Shown one piece after another: positions 25,050-39,760 of a stretch of 64,000 nt of DNA (positions within the stretch are counted from its first letter, which is position 1; the number at the start of each line of letters is the position of its first letter). The DNA is from Podarcis liolepis (Eukaryota), in the NCBI GenBank assembly GCA_965112155.1, contig OZ218102.1. One strand, given 5' to 3'. Under the pieces are notes generated by a model. The model worked only from the letters and a program-made list of their open reading frames with translations, was not told the origin of the DNA and searched no databases. Position numbers and translations under genes: made by a program.

Positions 25050-25168
25050 AAAGGCCAAAGATCTGTGACTGTGCATGCAGAAGGTCCATGTTCAGCATTT
25101 CCTGCAAAATGCTGGAAAATGTCCTCTGTCTGAGACCCTGGAGAACTGCTGCCAAGTGGAAGCATGGG
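25050..25168 (+). mobile_element. Degraded tRNA-derived SINE (Squam3-like)
   Basis: gcatgcagaaggtccatgttca...ctgagaccctggagaactgctgcca matches the copy at 55235-55360. Confidence 0.6.
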
Positions 25169-28100
25169 ATTGTGACATAGTCCTAGCTGCCTGTCTGTGT
25201 GCATGAGACTAGAACCTCTTTATGCACTTTCTTCAAAGATGGGCAATAATCTATTGCCATAATTTTAACACTCTCTGACTCTTAGTGTGGTGAGCTACCT
25301 ACTGCTATCCATGCCAATGCAGCTAAATACTGTTGGGCTTCATCCCAAAAGCTATATGCCCTGAAGATGCAGTCAGCATGCTCCACACAGATGGCAGTGA
25401 CACACTCCTGCCTGCCTTGCGACTCTGCCAGGGTTAACTTGCATCTGGGAACTTCTGGAAAGAGAACATTTTCCAGGGGTGTTATTAAATTAAATGTTAA
25501 AAAAGCAGTTCTGAAGCACATTGTTGACGCTATTGACTGAGACACTAAATACGATAATTTCCCTTTTTCCATTTGTTTTCCTCGGCTTTAAGAATTATGC
25601 CGTTGCCACAGAATTTAACATTAACAATGGCAGTTCTCTGAATCACCAGGAAGGAGCCAAGAGGGTGACATCAGCTCTGAAGTGGGTTACAGGAACAGGA
25701 GGTGGCTTGGAAGTCCAATAAAGATGACTTTGGAGGAAGCAGGTTTGTTGCACAAGAGCTCCAAACCAGCTGAAAATAGTGGCTGGAAGTGCTCCAAGGC
25801 AATATACTAACTGCTCACATCCTACCACCTGCAATTCCAGTTGCTTGATCTCAACTCTCAATGTTATTAACTACTCCTATATATAAGGGTATAATAGGAA
25901 AGGCCTACTGAAAAAATGGACTATCTGCCATAACACCATGGCACTCACTTTGTGCCAGCACCCCAATGCTGATCTTGCCATGAACCAGAACTCTATTTGA
26001 ACTTTGACAACTTAGTTTCTGATTCTGCTTTGGGCATCCAATATCTTAACTGAATGCCAGCCACGACAAGCCATGAAACAACTGACAGAGGGATGCAGTC
26101 CACAGCTCTTGTAATTACCCCTTTCTTTCCCTCCTGCTACTGAGGCCAGTTCAGGAAATAATACATTGCAAAGCTTGCCTCCCTCTGGCTCCGCACTTGT
26201 AACTGCCCCAGGAATGCAGTTGCAGAGAGAACACTTCTCTGCTGCCAGGGCTTTTGATGACAGAATGACTGGTTTATGTGGCTGTAAGATCTGCTGTCTG
26301 AAAAGCAGCAGAATCTATTATGTGTTTCTAAGCAGTGACAGCTGGTACTGCCGTGCTGGAGTTTATGCCGGCTCTCATACAGCTTAGATCAGCCGCTCTT
26401 CTCTGAGCACCCTGATCTATCAACAAACATGGTTTCTGGAATGGTTTAAAAGCATTCCCAAGTAGGCAAGAAGTGGCTGCTTTCTGAAAAGGCTCCAGAT
26501 TTATAATCAGTCAAGGCATGCAGAGATAGAGAAGCAGAGGAGACACCTGAAAGGAGAAGTCCTCACAGACAAAAGCGAACCCCCAAGGTACACTGGAACA
26601 CTGACACCAGTGAGGCTGATAGTCAGAATAGTTTGCAAATAGTGAGAGATCAGGGTCTATGCAGCCTTCTTCCCAGCCTGTGCACCATTCACCCATAGTT
26701 GTTAATTATGCCACAGAGAAAGCAGGACTCTGCTCTGGACAATTTCAGTGACGTACACAGCCAATTGGTATGAGATACTCAACAAGCACAATGTTTGCTG
26801 GATTCCTGTGGTCATGAGAGGTTCTGGGTGGGAAAAGCATACCTGCTTCCAGGCAGGCATTATGTGAATTACGGTATTTTTACAAGGAACAGCAGGCTTC
26901 ATTGATATCAGTTCATTAATGGGAGAAGTGGATATGTTCCTGTGGATACATAGGATAGCAATTTTTATCAAAATGTTTCACTCTTGCAATTTTCTTGCCT
27001 GTGACCCCCATTGCCCACATCTAGTCAGGGTCTGTCGTCAAACTGTTAGTTTCATGCTCATCAGAAGGCTATTGCTACAGTAAATATGATTGGGGGCAGA
27101 GAAGCAAAATGCAGTGCTGAGAACACAAATGAATAGCTGTGCTTTGCACAGTTCAACCATTCAGCCTAAATCCCTGTGCCAAACTAAAAGGCTAAAGCTA
27201 GATCACTCCACTCCAAGCCTCCAAGAAAAGCTATTAGATATTCCAGGAACAAAAATGGGGACTTATCTCTGAACAGTTATTGAGTTGTTGGATGGTAACT
27301 AGCATCACAAAGGAAGGCACTGAGACACAATACGAAGAATTCTGCTTGGCTGTAGCAAGAATATTAATAAATCCTGACAAGGTTCCCAATATTGCATGTG
27401 TCATGTGAGCAGTGCTCTGCCAAATAAAGGCAAGAAAGGGCAAGCGGAGAAGCAGAATGCATGTCACTAATGTAAGTAGTCTGCTATATTTAGCTTACAT
27501 GTATTTTGGCATTCCTAGAGGCACTCAATATTATGGTCCTGCTGTGCTGGGCTCCAGAATATAAGGAAGACTCCTCACACATAGCATTCTCAAATGAGAT
27601 CTGGCAGGTAGTTGCAGCTCACTTGTGGAGAAAAGGAAACAACATGGCAGCACTGTCCAAGTATACTAGGTCCTGAGCAAAATGTGACTATTTTGTGGGT
27701 ATGATTCAATCACATAATGACAAATCTACGGTTGTGTGATGAAAATGGATTTGGTGCTCTTGGGCAATAGACCAACTTCCCCTCCTAAAAGAAAACATTG
27801 TCTTTTGTGGTAATGAAGGTGATGGGGAAATGTCCTGGGAAATGTGGGATAATGGTGAAGTCTGGAAACAGTGGGTGATAAATACCTTCTTCAATGAGCT
27901 AAATGTCAAACTATATAAAGAAGATTCCTGTGTCTAAATTTTAAGGGTTGCATGCTACTCATACAAAGTAGATCGACTGGGGGAAAAAACCCATTAATTT
28001 CTACTCTGATTAGCACTAATGTAGCATACAAGCCAAAGAATCACTATCACTGAGAAAACTACATGTTGACAATGGGATGTGCAGTAGCAGCGAAAGTTAT

Positions 28101-29912
28101 TTGCATTAACTCTTCCCTTATGACCCGAAGGCACAAGAATCAAAATCCCAAATAGACCATTTAGATACGGTGAGGAAAGCTGTTTCCCTGTCTCAGAAAC
28201 ATTTGATCTCTCTGGTTTACATGATGATTCTACCCACTGAGAGGAATTTGCACCCCCATATGCAAGCCCTGAAATCTGAATTGAGTGGAAATGCTGCAGA
28301 TCCCCCATCCTAGCTCATTCACTGTGGAAGACAGCTGCTTCAATGGCATGGCTGAAGAAGGACCTGTAACTCGCAGCCTGTGGCGAAAATACAAAATGCC
28401 TTCGGAATGATACCAATCATACAAATGTTGAGCACATTTTCAGCGTGTTTGCTTAATCATAATAAAATGCTTACCAGCCACAATAAATTAGCACATCCAA
28501 TCAGCCATTTCCCCTTCAGTCCTGCAGCCCACTGGGAAAACAATTACTGAATGAGCAGATCACTACTGAAAGGCCCGACAGAGCTCTCTCAGGAAGAGCC
28601 CACACAGGCACAAAAGGGGCAGAGCCCACAAAATTATCCCTGGAACAAACGCTGCTCCTTGGTCCTTGCATAGCAGTGCACTTTTTCAAGTGGGGGCAAG
28701 AGGCTGCTAGTCTTTCAGCTGCATTTCCAGACACCACAAGAATCTAATGGATGTATTATTTCCACAGGACTCAGCCTCCACTTGGTCCACGCACATGAAC
28801 ATGTAGACTGTTTGAGAAAACCTTTCCCTCCACACAGACCAGTCACAGCAACACACCCACCATCATTTTAGCCACTCACCACTTTCAGAATGATTATTCT
28901 AAGCTGCAGGCAGAGTTGCCAAATGATCAATCAATCAATCAATCAATCAATAAAAAGGCACTGGTCTAGCTGGGTGTTTTGTTTGGGATCAGTTACTAGG
29001 GGAGTGCACAGGTTTTATGCTGGCCTCTGCTTTCATACCTACCCACAATGGCTGGGTTCCATCTTTGGGATCCAACTGTAGACCTAATCTGGGCTCTATA
29101 TAAACCAATATGACAAATCAGTTCCATTCAAAAGTGCTGGCAGAGGCCGCCATTGCCACCTGTATGGGTGACTAGTGCTACTGCATGGTGGCAGTGGCAT
29201 GCAGTAGTACTGGATAGGATCCCAGGTGCTGGGTAGCAGCCCTAACTCCATCCATCCTGACACTGAAAGTGTTCTCCCCTTCCTGCTAGAGGAGGCTTGG
29301 CAGATGGTAATGGTATCACTGGCAAAGAGGATCACTGCAGGTTAAGTCTGTGGTCATTTACTATTGCATGCTGCAACAATGTATGAAAGTGATTTGCAAA
29401 CTGAGTTAGTTTTTAGTTTTTAACCACCTCTGTTTCCTAGACATTTTATTACATTTGAATTGAGGTACCATCTATGTGTTCTGGATAATATGGCTATCTG
29501 CATCCTTCCAGCATTGAGAAGCCCTGTAGAACTGCACAAAGAAGCATTGCTTGAGATCCTGATGGATGTGGTCTAGTAGTAATTGCACCTTAAATTCTTG
29601 ATATTGAGAAAACAGCATGAGAATACATTCTAGCTTGTACCTGGATAGTTTGGGGTGCTTTTCTTTTCTCTGTAGCCTTGCTCTGCAGCTGAATGCCATT
29701 ACAAACAAACCTTATTGTGGCTTGCCTGATCCCAACTGTTGTCCTCCTTTCTGTCACCCCCAACTCTTGTGGTTCTGCCAACATCACACACGTGGATCTG
29801 CCCAAGAACCAAGAGGGACTGGTGGATTTTTTACATTTCTTTTGCACACTGAGAGTTGGGCATCTGGTATTTTTCAAAACTCTAAAACATTTTAACTGAA
29901 AACTGTCCTAAG

Positions 29913-29916
<4 letters not shown>

Positions 29917-29948
<32 letters not shown>
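29917..29948. repeat. (CA)n microsatellite
   Basis: Direct observation. Confidence 0.95.
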
Positions 29949-29950
<2 letters not shown>

Positions 29951-32430
29951 AACCGGAAATGTTTCGATCTGAAATCCCTAATTAAAACCATGCTCCAAAT
30001 GCTGACTTAGCCTTTAAAGAAGGAAGTTAAAGAAGAAATGTTGCTTTGCACATACATCCAAGGCAGCATTTGAATAAACCCAGTCATGGCAGGAAAATGC
30101 CCACCTAGAGCTGAAGTCATAGCCTCTGGCTACATGAAAGCAGCCCCTGAAGACTTGTGTTATGCACCTGATCACCAGCACCAAAGGTCTTATAACTTGT
30201 GAAATGACACATATCTATACTATCTACCCCCCTAACGATTCCTCCCAGTGATTGTATAATTCTTATCAAATCTGATTGAACTTAAATGGTCATAAAAGCA
30301 AATCCCAGAGGCTGGATCAGATGCGTCCTCCAGTTTTTGTCCTGTTTTGGACTGTTATTCCCAAATATCAACAAAACATTATTGGACTATATTCTATAAT
30401 ATTACAGCTCAATGCAACTCTGTTGACATTATCCAACAGCCATATGATTTAGTATAACTGTAGTAGAGTAGGATATCGGCTGTATCTGAAGTCTAGAACA
30501 AGGCACTGGTGGTGGTGGTGAATTTGTATTCAGTTCACATTTAAATGAGAATTTACCTAATCCACATTATCCTATACGGTGCATGGACTGAAACACAGAC
30601 ATCCTTTGAAATTTGCACTTCTCCAGATTTTGCAATTCAGTTCCCTAGCCACAATATTACAGTGATGAGTTGGTTCAGCATCCCACTCTAATCCTTGTGT
30701 TTTGTGTGCATACAGTGTGCCCAGAAAACCCTTATTTCTCAAGTACTACATTGTTGGCATCAGCTCACTTGTGTTAACCCTTCTAAAGAAAAACAACTGA
30801 CCCACTACATGTTTCCACTTGTCCAACAGAAATGGATAACCTCAGATCTGCAACCCCCCACAGATGGTCAAGAGGTACCCAATATACTAAAAGCTATAGC
30901 AATGGTCAATGCAATAGTGGGCATCCTTGCCTAACCCAGTTCCTACAATATACGTTATACTCGGATACCTTTCCATTTGTCTTTTCCCTTTCCTGGCCTA
31001 TTTTTTAACAGGACGACCCAGCAACACTTTCTAAAGTTTAGCCTCTATGTTAGACAGTGGATGATAAGTGATGGGCCATAGTGCCTGTCCTTCAGAGAGG
31101 TGGCAAACACATTCAAAGCAATTCTCAATAGACAGGAAGAGGAATGAGATGGCTTCCCCAACTCCAACAGAAACGCAGCACAGATTCTATCAACATGCCA
31201 TTCTTATTACTGTTGTCTTTTGTACAAATATTACTGCCCAAATATTTTCCCTGTTTCGAGCTTATGAGTACCATTAAAGTGGAAAACAAGAGGGGAGGAT
31301 TAGGTTAATGGTGTCATTGGCCTGCCCTTTGAGACAGGGATTGTACAAATATCTTGTCAGAGTTTAAACCTGATTAGATGAAAGAACGAGCTGCTACTAA
31401 AGCCCCCAAAGGAATTTGATTCCTGCCAGAGCAACTTGCAAGGAGAGACAGCCCTTGGCGGAGAGGGGAGCAAAAGGTCAACATCCTGGAGTAAAGCATT
31501 TTCAGGTTTAACTGAACACATCTTGAGCTTTATCTACTACAGTATTCCTTAAAGCCACATTTTAAAATCAAGTAATACAAATATGAACATCGCCTTAGTC
31601 AAACAAATATTCCAGAACTGAACAGCAGTTTCTAACTAAATAACTCCCCAAACCATCCATCTAATCCACACATGGCATGTAATAGAGGCAGGGGGGCAGG
31701 GACTTCTAGGCTCCTTAAATGCAGAGCACATGGGCAGTGTTTGAAGAGACAGGCATGAAAAAAGGTGAGAGCTTGTGGTGTGTACAGTAGCATTAAGGTG
31801 TCTGGTTCGACTCCCCTGTATATCAAAAGAACCCTGTATAGTTATTGTCCTTGAATCTTCCCATTCTAATGGAAGCTATCAGATTTTTTTCTGATAGTTC
31901 TGTACTTGGCCAGAAAAGTCCTATTTGCTTAATTAATTGCCCACAAGATACAGAACTTGCTTTGATGTGTAACAAAACCTGCTACCATGAATTTCCCAAT
32001 AGAATTGTAATCCTGTTGTAGGTGTGATTCTGTAGGAAATCGGCTCTTATCATTAATGTTGAGATATCTAATTTATCTCACTGCCCAGGAAAAATAATAA
32101 ATGAATAGAAAGAGAACCTACCCAAGTGACGTAGACACAAAAGCTCCACATAAACTAAGTAAACAAATATAAATTTTACTATCCCACCCCTCTTCCCCTT
32201 TCTTTACTACACACTAATGTCTCACATCAAATTTAATTGATCTGTAGAAAAGACTCTACAACCTGAAAAAAGAGGCAATGCACATACTTTTGTAAACCAA
32301 GAAAATATTTAATAAAAATTCTTTTTTAAAAAAATATCTAATTTGCACTGAAAATCTCAGGTTAGAAAGAGGAGCACTGGTAGAAATTATGTTGCTGTCT
32401 TCCAAACTAGTGCATATGCATGTGTGTGTA

Positions 32431-32433
<3 letters not shown>

Positions 32434-32477
<44 letters not shown>
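32434..32477. repeat. (CT)n microsatellite
   Basis: Direct observation. Confidence 0.95.
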
Positions 32478-32481
<4 letters not shown>

Positions 32482-32507
32482 ATTCATGTAATGCATTTCC
32501 CCTAAAT

Positions 32508-32643
32508 CAGGCTTCCTCAAACTCAGCCTTCCAGATGTTTTGAGACTACAATTCCCATCATCCCTGACCACTGGTCCTGCTAGCTAGGGATCATGGGAAT
32601 TGTAGGCCAAAAACATTTGGAGGGCTGAGGTTGAGAAAGCCTG
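32508..32643. mobile_element. Family A hAT MITE with perfect 8-bp TSD, nested in a family D fragment
   Basis: caggctt(c)ctcaa..ctcagcc / ggctgag.ttgagaaagcctg; TSD CCCTAAAT at 32500-32507 and 32644-32651. Confidence 0.92.
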
Positions 32644-35600
32644 CCCTAAATTATATGCATTTTGTAAAGCATTGGTTGGTTGGTTGGTTGGTTGGTTAGT
32701 TGGTTGAAGAACTGCATCACCAAATTTGGGGGTCCTCTGGGAGGTAGAGTGGGATTTAAATTTGATAAAATAATAAATAAAATGAATAAAGCATCAACCA
32801 ATCAACACTGGTCAACGAGCATATATGCATGGCACTCAGCAATTCTAAAGAAAATAAATTACATAGATTTGATGCTAAATATTGGACCCATCCAATCAGC
32901 AAGTGTTTTCTGAGAAAGCAGCTGCAGCTGCTTTTGCTCCACCACCATGCTGGAGCATGTGACTGCAGAATAGGCTACAGGCCCTTTAAATGTTGCCAAC
33001 AGCTCTCCTGCGGGAGAGGGAGAGCCACTGGAAGTCAAGTGCTGACAGCCTTTTAAAGACTTTATATACGTGTTTCCCAACCATATGGTTCGGGGGGCGG
33101 CAGCAAAATATTCCAAGGGGGCCAAAGGTGAAAATAACATAAATAAAATATTCCAAGGGGGCCACAGAGGGAAGAGAGAAGTGAAGAATAAAGTATCATT
33201 TTTTAATTCTAAAAAAATCCTGACTGACTGACTATCCGCTTGGCTAATCACAAGTGGATAAGGGGGTGGCTCACCAGGGTCTAACTCTCCTTTTTGCCAC
33301 ATGTGTTTTCTTCTAACAGTCCTGCTTTGTTTCTGGCAGGAGTGGGCTATCACTGAGGCTCCCGTTTTGACCAGTAGAGCCCATGATCCAGAACCCCCTT
33401 TTGGCTGCATTATGTATATGCTTGCAGCTCTATAACCTGACACTTTGGAGAAGAAGGGATTAGTAGTTGACATGCTTAAAATTTATGTTTCATCAGATCA
33501 TTCCCCATGTGCTAAGCAATGGGAGGGTTTGGGGTCAGTTCCTGTAACTTGCAGCATTTCACTGCATAGCAAGAGCCATAAACAACTAAGTGATACCCAT
33601 TCCAAAGGCCATCAAGCAAGAAGTCCTAGTTCTCTTCTCCTGCTGCCACCAAAAGCTTTAAACCAGCCTCCAACACAAAACACAACTAGGGAGATTTCTT
33701 GGAATGCTTCAAAGAGGATGCATCCTCAAGGCATCTAACATTCAGACCACACTCGTCTCCAGAGCGAGATCTCAAAAGTGCAACATCTGGGAACCTTAGG
33801 ATTGCAAGGTTGGTAATCATTCTCATGGATATGAGTATGCCTATAAATACCAGTTGCTGAGAATCATAAGAGGGAGAGTGATATGCCTTGTGTATGGGCT
33901 TCCTATGAGCATCTATCTCATTGGCCTCTGTGAGACTAGATGGGTCCTAGGGTTTATTCAGCACTGTTCTTCTAATGTTTTAATGAGCAAGAGGGAAGAG
34001 TAAGACAGAAGAGGAAAGGTTCATTCATGTGAACCAGTGCCTTCACCAGCAGAAAGGATTCTTAGCGAGAGAGATGGATAAGAGTGAACTGCAGCAATAA
34101 GATGAGCAGGAAAAGCAAGGAGGGAGGTTATTTTTTTCACATAGGATTCACAACATTCTTCTGAAAATTCAATTTAACTGTCCTGTTCTCGTTTGCTAAC
34201 CAGAACCAATTTAATTGTAAATCTACACGCAGAGCCTACAGGATTGGGGGTGGATGGAATATTTTGCAATGGTTCTTAGCTCCCAGTTGGGAGACAAGAG
34301 TGCAACTTAGCTGCTTTCAATTCTGCTGTAGTAAACTTCCCAGTTTCCTGAGCAAGAGCTCCCCTCCCAACCCGGGACAGACGTTGCTCCCTTACAGTAC
34401 GCCCTGGGCAAAATAAAATAAAATAAGGCACTATTTTTCCTAGAGACAATAGGAAAATCCCACCTGACTTGCCTGTAGAAGACATGCAGCAGGTATCCAG
34501 CGAAGCCATTTGTTTTGGTCAAGACTGATTCCCACCATGCACACACCTACCCAAATGTGCCAGGACATTCTCAAGAGGTATGAGAAAAACCTGACTCACT
34601 TTAACTCATTTAATTCAGAGTGGGAAGCCAACTAAGGCATGTTTCCATCACTGCCCACTCTCAGGAACACATTGCCAGTATCGGCATGTACAAGGGTTCC
34701 TTGGTTTCATGCCTTGTTGTGACAGTTTAGTAAACAACCTGATAAAATCAAGCACTTTCCAAAGGAAAATCCATTGCACTCAAGATCACTGGCTCGTCTG
34801 GTTCTGCTTACCATCTGCACAGGCTTATTTGGAACAACATAACAAATTTCGTTTCCTGGTCTCCTTCAATGTAAATAGGTCCATTAAGCTATAAGGGTGT
34901 TTACATTCTGGAAGATAGTTGCAGCTTTTCTTCTGATTACCCACAGCCCATAGCTAGTATTCCAGCTGCTCCTCTGCAGTCAGTGCTCTGTTACCTCCTG
35001 CTGGAAGAGGTGCTGCTGCTTATAGGGCTGCAAGCATATACATAATGCAGCCAAAAGGCAAAAGATACAGATTTTAATAAATTGGTACATACGCTCTATG
35101 ACGACTAAATTATCCAGCTTGTGACTGACACAATGGGCCAGAAGGAGACCGTTTGTGTCAGCAGGTCAGGACTCAGTGTTATACAAATATTATACAAAGC
35201 AACCAGAGCTGTCCAAGCTAGTTTTATCATCAGAAAGAACACTACTCTTGAAAGTGCCAAACCCTCAAGCAGTAATATTTGGCAGATGGTGAAATTAGCA
35301 GCAATATCATAGTCTGGAAAGGCTTTGACCAGTATTTGGACATGAAATACCCAAATCAACAGCACCATGAACTGTTGTCTTACTCAGGTTCTGGAGGCAT
35401 CTTAAAAGGGTGGAGTGCGTGTGTGTAAAATAATACTCTATGGCCCTCATAGCACAGCATGCAATATCCTCACACAGGGTGAGACCCAATAGAAATGCTG
35501 TTCTGCGGGTGCCAGAGGGATCAGCTCATTCCCCTCCCCCCGCCTATAGAAAAAGCCAAGACCAAGAGAAAACCTCCAGAAAGCCTATCTGTAATGGCTC

Positions 35601-38600
35601 AAGATGTTCTGGGTGTTTGGCATGAGGCTGGTAAAATAGCTCACAGGGTTTTTTCATTATGTGCCAAGGCTGTAAAAAGATTTTATACTCCTTGATGAAC
35701 CCATGTTGTTGAACAACTGAAGTTGTTTTTCTTTACTTGCATGGGGCTATTATTCTTAGCCTGGCTGGTTCAGAAAAATAAGAATACTAAGTGTCCCCAT
35801 TTGGAAACAATAACACAGGATAAGTCTGGGCAGTTGACTGTGGAAGCCAGGTCACACATTCCCTTTTAATGGGATCTTCAGAACATATTTTCACAGGATT
35901 ATCTTTGTGCTGGTTAGAGAGCAAATGTTTTCAAAAAGACACTCTGTCCCACAAAATGGAGGGAACTCATTAGCGGAGAGCTGACATCATAAAGTCCATC
36001 TTACTCACCACAGGCTCTTATGTTCGCTTTATATAATTATGCTGGCATGAAAACCTTGCCTTGGTCCCTCCACTCGCCTCAACTTATCAAAGCAGCAAGG
36101 ATTCCATCCATTAAGAGTTTGTGCTTCATGGACACCATTTCACTGCCAATCTTAGCAGAAAGAGCGCTCTGCTGTTCTTTGTATGCCTCTTCTCCCTTCT
36201 GCTTTTGTTTAATTTAGGAAAGCATTTTTAAAAGCTTTTGCACAAAGAACACTGATGCGTATTGGATTTCAGTCCCATGAATACTCAAGATGGAGGCCTC
36301 AGCATTGTTACAGACAGCAGTTGTGTGAGAGAGAATTTTATGTGAGTATGATCAGTTCTCCTAGACCACAAGGATGAAGCACATGCCAATGGGCCTACTT
36401 TGTTGCTAATCTTCTGCCAAATCCAGCACATACAATTCAAGAAAAAAGTGCTCTCATAATGTCTGGAGATTTGAAATGTTTAGATAATATGGACATTAAA
36501 TATTACTACAGTAATTAACACAAGCATGTGACTATTAATATCAATTAACCAATTGCCTGTATAATCAGGGAATGTTCAGCAAACATTGGCATAGCAATTT
36601 GTCCCTCAAAATTAATAGAAATGCTTAAATACTTCTTCATCTCATGATGCTATTACTGAAAGGATGATTCCCAGCCTGTGGCTAACAATTCCAAACAGGG
36701 TCCAGACGCAGATCTGGGCCAGGACAGATGTTTCAAAATACCAAGGTAAAGGATACAACCAAAGTTAGGAAGAATACAATGTGAGAGAATAAAGTTAGAG
36801 AGATACAGTGGGCTGCAGGTGTCCACACTGTGTTAGAGAACATGGTGGCTAATTTAGGCTAATGGTTTGCAAAAAGGGTACTTCATGAAGCAAAGCAACA
36901 GAGTAGCAGCTAACAGGCCAGTAAGGAACTAGGGCAAGCAACCAAGGTAAGTATGCTCTAAGAAGGCTAGTGTGCTAACATGAGCATTTACAGGCAAAAC
37001 TGGGTGAAGTAAATAGGGTGCTTATCCTCCTGCAAAGAAGACATTCCAGGAAAGTTTAATCATTTTCCCACAGCCAGGCTTCAAAACTGGATGAAAGCCA
37101 ACTAGGGTGGAATTGTTTAGGGGGATATGTAGTGGAGAATCAGTGGGCACAGGACAGGGTGAATTAAGAACACCTATCTGTCCATAGATCCAATTACAGT
37201 ATTACCATTATCTTAGTTGACATGGGGTTAAAAGCATGTGCTTGCTGAGATAATGTACACATTTTGCCCTTGGGCTTCCTGGGTACAAAAGGAAGTGATT
37301 CAGCACACCTGGTGCAAATGGAGAAAAGCTCTCTAGGCAACTTTTATTTTTGATCATTCTGGCTTTGTGGATGGAATCATATGTAACAGGAAGTTGGGGA
37401 ATATGCTTTTATCCTTTTCTAACACAGTTTCAACTTCAAGCTCTCCACACAGGCCTTGGTCATTCTCAAAGCATAAGCACTAAGAACATAATTTCTAAAA
37501 CAATAATCACTAAGAAAATGAGGGAGAAAAGGCCTTCAGCTCCTTCACTGGAGAAAAATTTCAAATGTCCATGGCATCATTTATATGCACATCCAAAGGC
37601 AAAGCTAAATAGTGCTATTATCTAATGGAGAGCCAGTGTGGAGCAGGTTGAATTAGCAATGGTAACATCTCAGGAAGAGAAAAACAACAACATGTTTTTG
37701 CTGAACCCAGACGAGTCTAAAAATTTTGTTTTTAGCAGGAAAGCCTAGAAAGGAACACAACACACTGTATTTCATTTTGAATAGGTACTGGGTGGGCAGC
37801 CCAGTTGCTAAATCAACAGCCCTCTTCTCCACAAGCTGTTGTACTTGTAGGCTAGAAGGCTACATGTATTATTTCATGTTGTTATACAGCTGTTAGAGCA
37901 ACTGACAGTCTGCACTCTAAAGAGGAACAATCTGGGATCCAGAAATATTCTGCAAATAAGTACCACCCTGTTGCTGCTGCCACCCTCATGAAAGCAACAC
38001 AAACCTCAACTCTGGGGGCAATGGTTTGGAATGCAAATGTAAGTCAAGTATATCAATCTGCATTGGTTCATCAAGACTTTTGCTGAGGTGTAGTAAAAAC
38101 AGTGAACAGTCTACAGACTAAATAATCAGGGAGTCTCAGTTTATTTCTGGACTGGAGTGGATGAAGTTGGCCTAATAAAGGTGGCAAAGAGTCTTAGGCA
38201 CCCGACACAGGCACCCGAGCTAACATTTTGAATTCATGATGGGGTGCTAAAAACAGAACAACAGAAAGGAAAACAGTAAGGAAAGAAGTAAATATTGAGA
38301 CCTCATTGGCCAGTTGCCACCTTCCCCAGCTGCCTGACCACTTCTGATTCATTTTTTTTTATTTGCATTTTCTTTGAAAGGCAGAAGCCAGGCTCCCTGC
38401 AGTGCCATCCCCTGCAAGAGGTTATTTTCCTGGAATATGCTACTTTTCCATGGACTGGATTTTTTTCCCATTCTCAGAAAGAAAAGCATCTGCTTCAGTT
38501 GTGCTATTGGCTTTAAGTCCTGCTCCAGCTTTGGAAAGTCTGAACATAATATAATCCCAAACACACTTACATACACACAAATACACACCAATATTTCGTA

Positions 38601-39209
38601 AGTGAAGAAAGAAAATTTATATACTGTATATTTGGCCTTTATAGCATCACCCATCTAGTGACAAAGGCAGCCCTCCCTTTCCTCTACCCATCCACCACAG
38701 AGATCAGGATCAGGTGATGATTATCAGAAACAACTGGCTCTGCTCTCCCAATTCACATCTATTAATATAGTTTGTGCTTACCATAGCCCAGCACACTTCA
38801 CAGTTTGTTACAATAGTGAAAAGTTTCCAATACATAAATTGATGGAATTCTTTCATGTGAGGCTCTCTTCTTCAAGCTACAGATCACGGCACTTTTTATT
38901 TATACTTAATGGCTCATATCCAAAGGGACATTCCACCTTATTGTTCAATAAGCAACACTGACCCTACCTCATGATAAAACATATAGGAAATGATTGCTTC
39001 TTTATGGGATTAAGACGCACCAGGAGCTCTGAGGATCTGAGTTAACAACTTTGATATTTGGAGTGCTGCTTATTTTCACTTGTCCCAGTGCCTCTTCTTG
39101 TTACCATTTCCAAAACAGGGACAGCCAATGTTTTAGTGTTACTGCACTATAATAATAAAGGTTTCTTCAGCTATGTTTGAAGGAAGAAGAGAAACAAGCA
39201 AGTAATAAA

Positions 39210-39760
39210 TCATATGCATGGAGAAGATGGAGAAATGCTATTGGGTGGCAGAGAGAAAGTGGAACCACTCAACACCTACTTTGCCTCTGTTTTTCTTCCA
39301 AAAGGAAAACAATGCCCAACTGGTGATAACAGAAAAAATGATACAAGGAGGGAGCTGAAGCCCAAGATAGGAAAATAGGTGGCAAGAAAACACCTAGCTC
39401 ACCAAATCTCAAATTAATCTTTGAGAATTATTGGAGAATAGGTGAAGTCCCTGTGGACTGGAGGCGGGCAAATGTTGTCTCCATCCTCACAAAGGAGTAA
39501 AAAGAAGACTCAGGTAACTACTGACTGGTGAGCTGGACATTGATACCAGGAAAGGTCTTAGAAAAGATAGTTCCACAGTTGGTCTGCGAGCACTTAGAAA
39601 AGGGTGATGTGATTACTAAGAGCTAGCATTGGTTTCTCAAAAACAAGTCATGCCAGACAAATCTCATTTCTGGTTTCTTTCTTTTTTTATATAGTTACAA
39701 AGCTTGGTGGATCAGGGGAATGCTATGGAGATTGTATATATCTTGATTTCAGGCAAGCCT
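39210..39760 (+). mobile_element. CR1 LINE ORF2 fragment (RT N-terminal part)
   Basis: Translates in pieces to LNTYFASVF, VPVDWRRANVV, LIPGKVLEKIV, FLKNKSCQTNLIS and YLDFRQA, all CR1 RT motifs. Confidence 0.85.

Noticed and set aside
33105-33164. 20-bp direct repeat AAAATATTCCAAGGGGGCCA twice with a 20-bp spacer (CRISPR-like look)
   Set aside because: Only two units, in a eukaryotic intron with no cas genes. More likely a small duplication or DNA-transposon remnant.
32859-33473. 204-aa minus-strand ORF
   Set aside because: No recognisable domain or splice context, and it runs through a local direct repeat. It is consistent with a chance ORF.
36680-37320. Possible very old LINE 3' region
   Set aside because: Only vague similarity; no motif I could translate convincingly.
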